A DNA stretch of 64,000 bases, taken from the NCBI GenBank assembly GCA_021807125.1, contig JAKAPK010000001.1, positions 54,354 to 118,353 of the forward strand. Direction: 5' to 3'. The notes under the pieces were generated by a model, which saw only the letters and a program-made list of their open reading frames with translations, made no database searches and was not told the DNA's origin. Each line of letters starts with the position of its first letter. Within the stretch, counting starts at the first letter, position 1. Both the position numbers and the translations under genes were made by a program. This stretch comes from Nanobdellota archaeon. GTDB lineage: Archaea > Nanobdellota > Nanobdellia > Parvarchaeales > Parvarchaeaceae. Shown here in pieces: positions 62,681-64,000 of the stretch.

Positions 62681-63604
62681 ATGAAGGTCATAACAGAAAA
62701 GTCAGCTTCTAAATGCCCATCATGTGACAGCAAAGCGGTAATATACGATAAGAGTACCGGCGAACTGGTATGTCAAAAATGTGGATACATAGTTGAAAGT
62801 GATGTTATAGACTACGGCAGGGAATGGAGATCCTTCGAGGATGAAAGAAACGAAGGAAAAGGCAGAATGGGCTCCCCATTGAGCTATGCAAAATATGATA
62901 AAGGTACTAGTACAGTTATAGGAAAAGCCAGTGAATCAATAAAACTTTCAAACGCAAACAGAAGAACTTTCTACAAGTTAAGAAAGTGGCAACCAAGGAT
63001 TTCGACGGCCTTTGAGAGAAACCTTAAATTTGCGCTTACAGAATTAAGACACGCAAGCAATCAATTGCACGTTTCAAATGTTATACAAGAAGAAGCAGCA
63101 AAAATGTATAGGGAAGCCATAAGCAGAAGACTTGTAAGAGGGCGCTCAATGGAAAGCGTAATAGCCGGTGCACTGTACGCTGCAGCAAGAAAATACATGA
63201 GACCAATAACCTTAGACGAGATATCTGAGACATTCAGCATAGAGAGAAAGGAGGTGGGCAAGGCCTACAGACTACTATGCAGGGAATTGGGTATAAAGAT
63301 ACTGCCAACTTCTCCAAAAGATTACATATACAAATTTGCTTCGGAGTTAAAAGTTTCCAATAAGACCGTTGCCGACGCATTAAAACTTCTTAAAGAAGCA
63401 GAGGATAAAGGACTTACAAGCGGCAAGGGGCCTATGGGCATAGCAGCCGCAGTACTGTACGTAGCAACTTTGATAAATAAAGAAAAGAAGACGCAGCGCG
63501 ATGCCGCCAAAGCAGCGGGCATAACAGAAGTAACCATAAGGAATAGGTACAAGGAATTGTACGAAGTGTTGAAATTAAAAGAACGATATAAGATAGAAGA
63601 ATAA
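62681..63604 (+). CDS. tfb: Transcription initiation factor IIB (TFB)
   Basis: 307 aa. N-terminal Zn ribbon CPSCDS...CQKCG. B-reader region. Two cyclin-fold repeats (RGRSMESVIAGALYAAAR, GKGPMGIAAAVLYVA). Confidence 0.9.
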   Translation: MKVITEKSASKCPSCDSKAVIYDKSTGELVCQKCGYIVESDVIDYGREWRSFEDERNEGKGRMGSPLSYAKYDKGTSTVIGKASESIKLSNANRRTFYKLRKWQPRISTAFERNLKFALTELRHASNQLHVSNVIQEEAAKMYREAISRRLVRGRSMESVIAGALYAAARKYMRPITLDEISETFSIERKEVGKAYRLLCRELGIKILPTSPKDYIYKFASELKVSNKTVADALKLLKEAEDKGLTSGKGPMGIAAAVLYVATLINKEKKTQRDAAKAAGITEVTIRNRYKELYEVLKLKERYKIEE

Positions 63605-63613
63605 GCTCCCAAT

Positions 63614-64000
63614 ATGCAGAGATTCAAAGAGGGAGAAGTAACTTTCTTTGCAGAAGACAATCAAACCAAAAAGGCAGGAGTATTTTTTAATCCCTCAAGA
63701 AGATTCGATAGAGACTTAAACGTGTCATTGATCAAAGCATTAGGCGCTAAGGATATAGTGGGAATAGATCTTTTTGCCGCAAGCGGAGTTCGTGGACTCA
63801 GGTTAGCAAAGGAAACCGGGGCGTTCACTAGTATTATTATAAACGACATAAAGACCTCGCACACGATAAAGAAGAATATCACCCTGAATCATATAAAAAG
63901 AACAAAACTAATACAGACTTGCATAAACGCAGCAAATGTGAATTCTTTGGAAGATGGCTTTGATTATATAGACATAGATCCTTTTGGATCACCCGTGCGG
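63614..64000 (+). CDS. trm1: tRNA (guanine26-N2)-dimethyltransferase Trm1, 5' part (runs off the window)
   Basis: My translation gives MQRFKEGEVTFFAEDNQTKKAGVFFNPSRRFDRDLNVSLIKALGAKDIVGIDLFAASGVRGLRLAKE...IDIDPFGSP. FYNP-like, ASG.RG.R and DIDPFGSP are Trm1 hallmarks. The frame is open to the window end. Confidence 0.8.
   Translation, partial: MQRFKEGEVTFFAEDNQTKKAGVFFNPSRRFDRDLNVSLIKALGAKDIVGIDLFAASGVRGLRLAKETGAFTSIIINDIKTSHTIKKNITLNHIKRTKLIQTCINAANVNSLEDGFDYIDIDPFGSPVR

Noticed and set aside
63661-63882. 73-aa minus-strand ORF
   Set aside because: It is antisense to the Trm1 reading frame, which carries diagnostic motifs and stays open to the window end.
1-64000. Search for CRISPR arrays, rRNA genes, transposases/integrases, prophage or known defence genes, and tRNA introns
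   Set aside because: I saw no regularly spaced direct repeats. No rRNA-like stretches were present, since every intergenic gap is under 300 bp. I found no DDE or tyrosine-recombinase motifs in any ORF and no interrupted anticodon loops in the four tRNAs.

Overview
The window is 64 kb of densely packed, AT-rich archaeal chromosome with about 80 genes, many of them with 4-nt start/stop overlaps. All product calls come from reading motifs in the supplied translations. No database search was possible. The archaeal assignment rests on several signatures. One is the operon rpoH, split rpoB''/rpoB', rpoA', rpoA'', L30e, NusA, S12, S7. Others are TFB, PCNA, aIF5B, aEF-1beta, Pth2, SepF, MBF1, Trm1, a two-subunit PheRS and an L2-S19-L22-S3(-L29) block. 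The compaction, the fragmented ribosomal-protein clusters, the many divergent orphan proteins and the enrichment in nucleotide-salvage enzymes suggest a reduced-genome, DPANN-like archaeon. That lineage call is inference only. I found four tRNAs, none with an intron or an encoded CCA: Leu-TAG, Gly-GCC, Val-GAC and Thr-TGT. I saw no rRNA, CRISPR array, transposase, integrase or recognisable defence gene. The best candidates for undescribed biology are listed here. (1) An 803-aa protein (57707-60118) rich in N-glycosylation sequons, with a class III (type IV pilin-like) signal, a DUF2341-like core and a duplicated module. It sits next to a GT4 glycosyltransferase and an RHH-fused sugar nucleotidyltransferase. 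(2) A two-gene operon (25600-28816) of a 707-aa tandem metallophosphoesterase (degenerate N-terminal copy, intact C-terminal copy) and a DHH/DHHA1 phosphoesterase. It is divergent from an orphan AAA ATPase with a novel N-terminal region (28991-30661). (3) Tandem paralogous HExxH membrane proteins (12825-15626), and a further orphan pair that includes an HExxH protein (35568-37578). (4) A SelB-like GTPase that lacks the catalytic His, packed against two tandem long-form NDK paralogues (51024-53153). Smaller oddities include a truncated Dph2 remnant, a degenerate AdkA-like fusion protein, unlisted small ORFs (a Zn-ribbon protein, an L29 candidate, a Cys-rich peptide) and extensions on ribosomal proteins.
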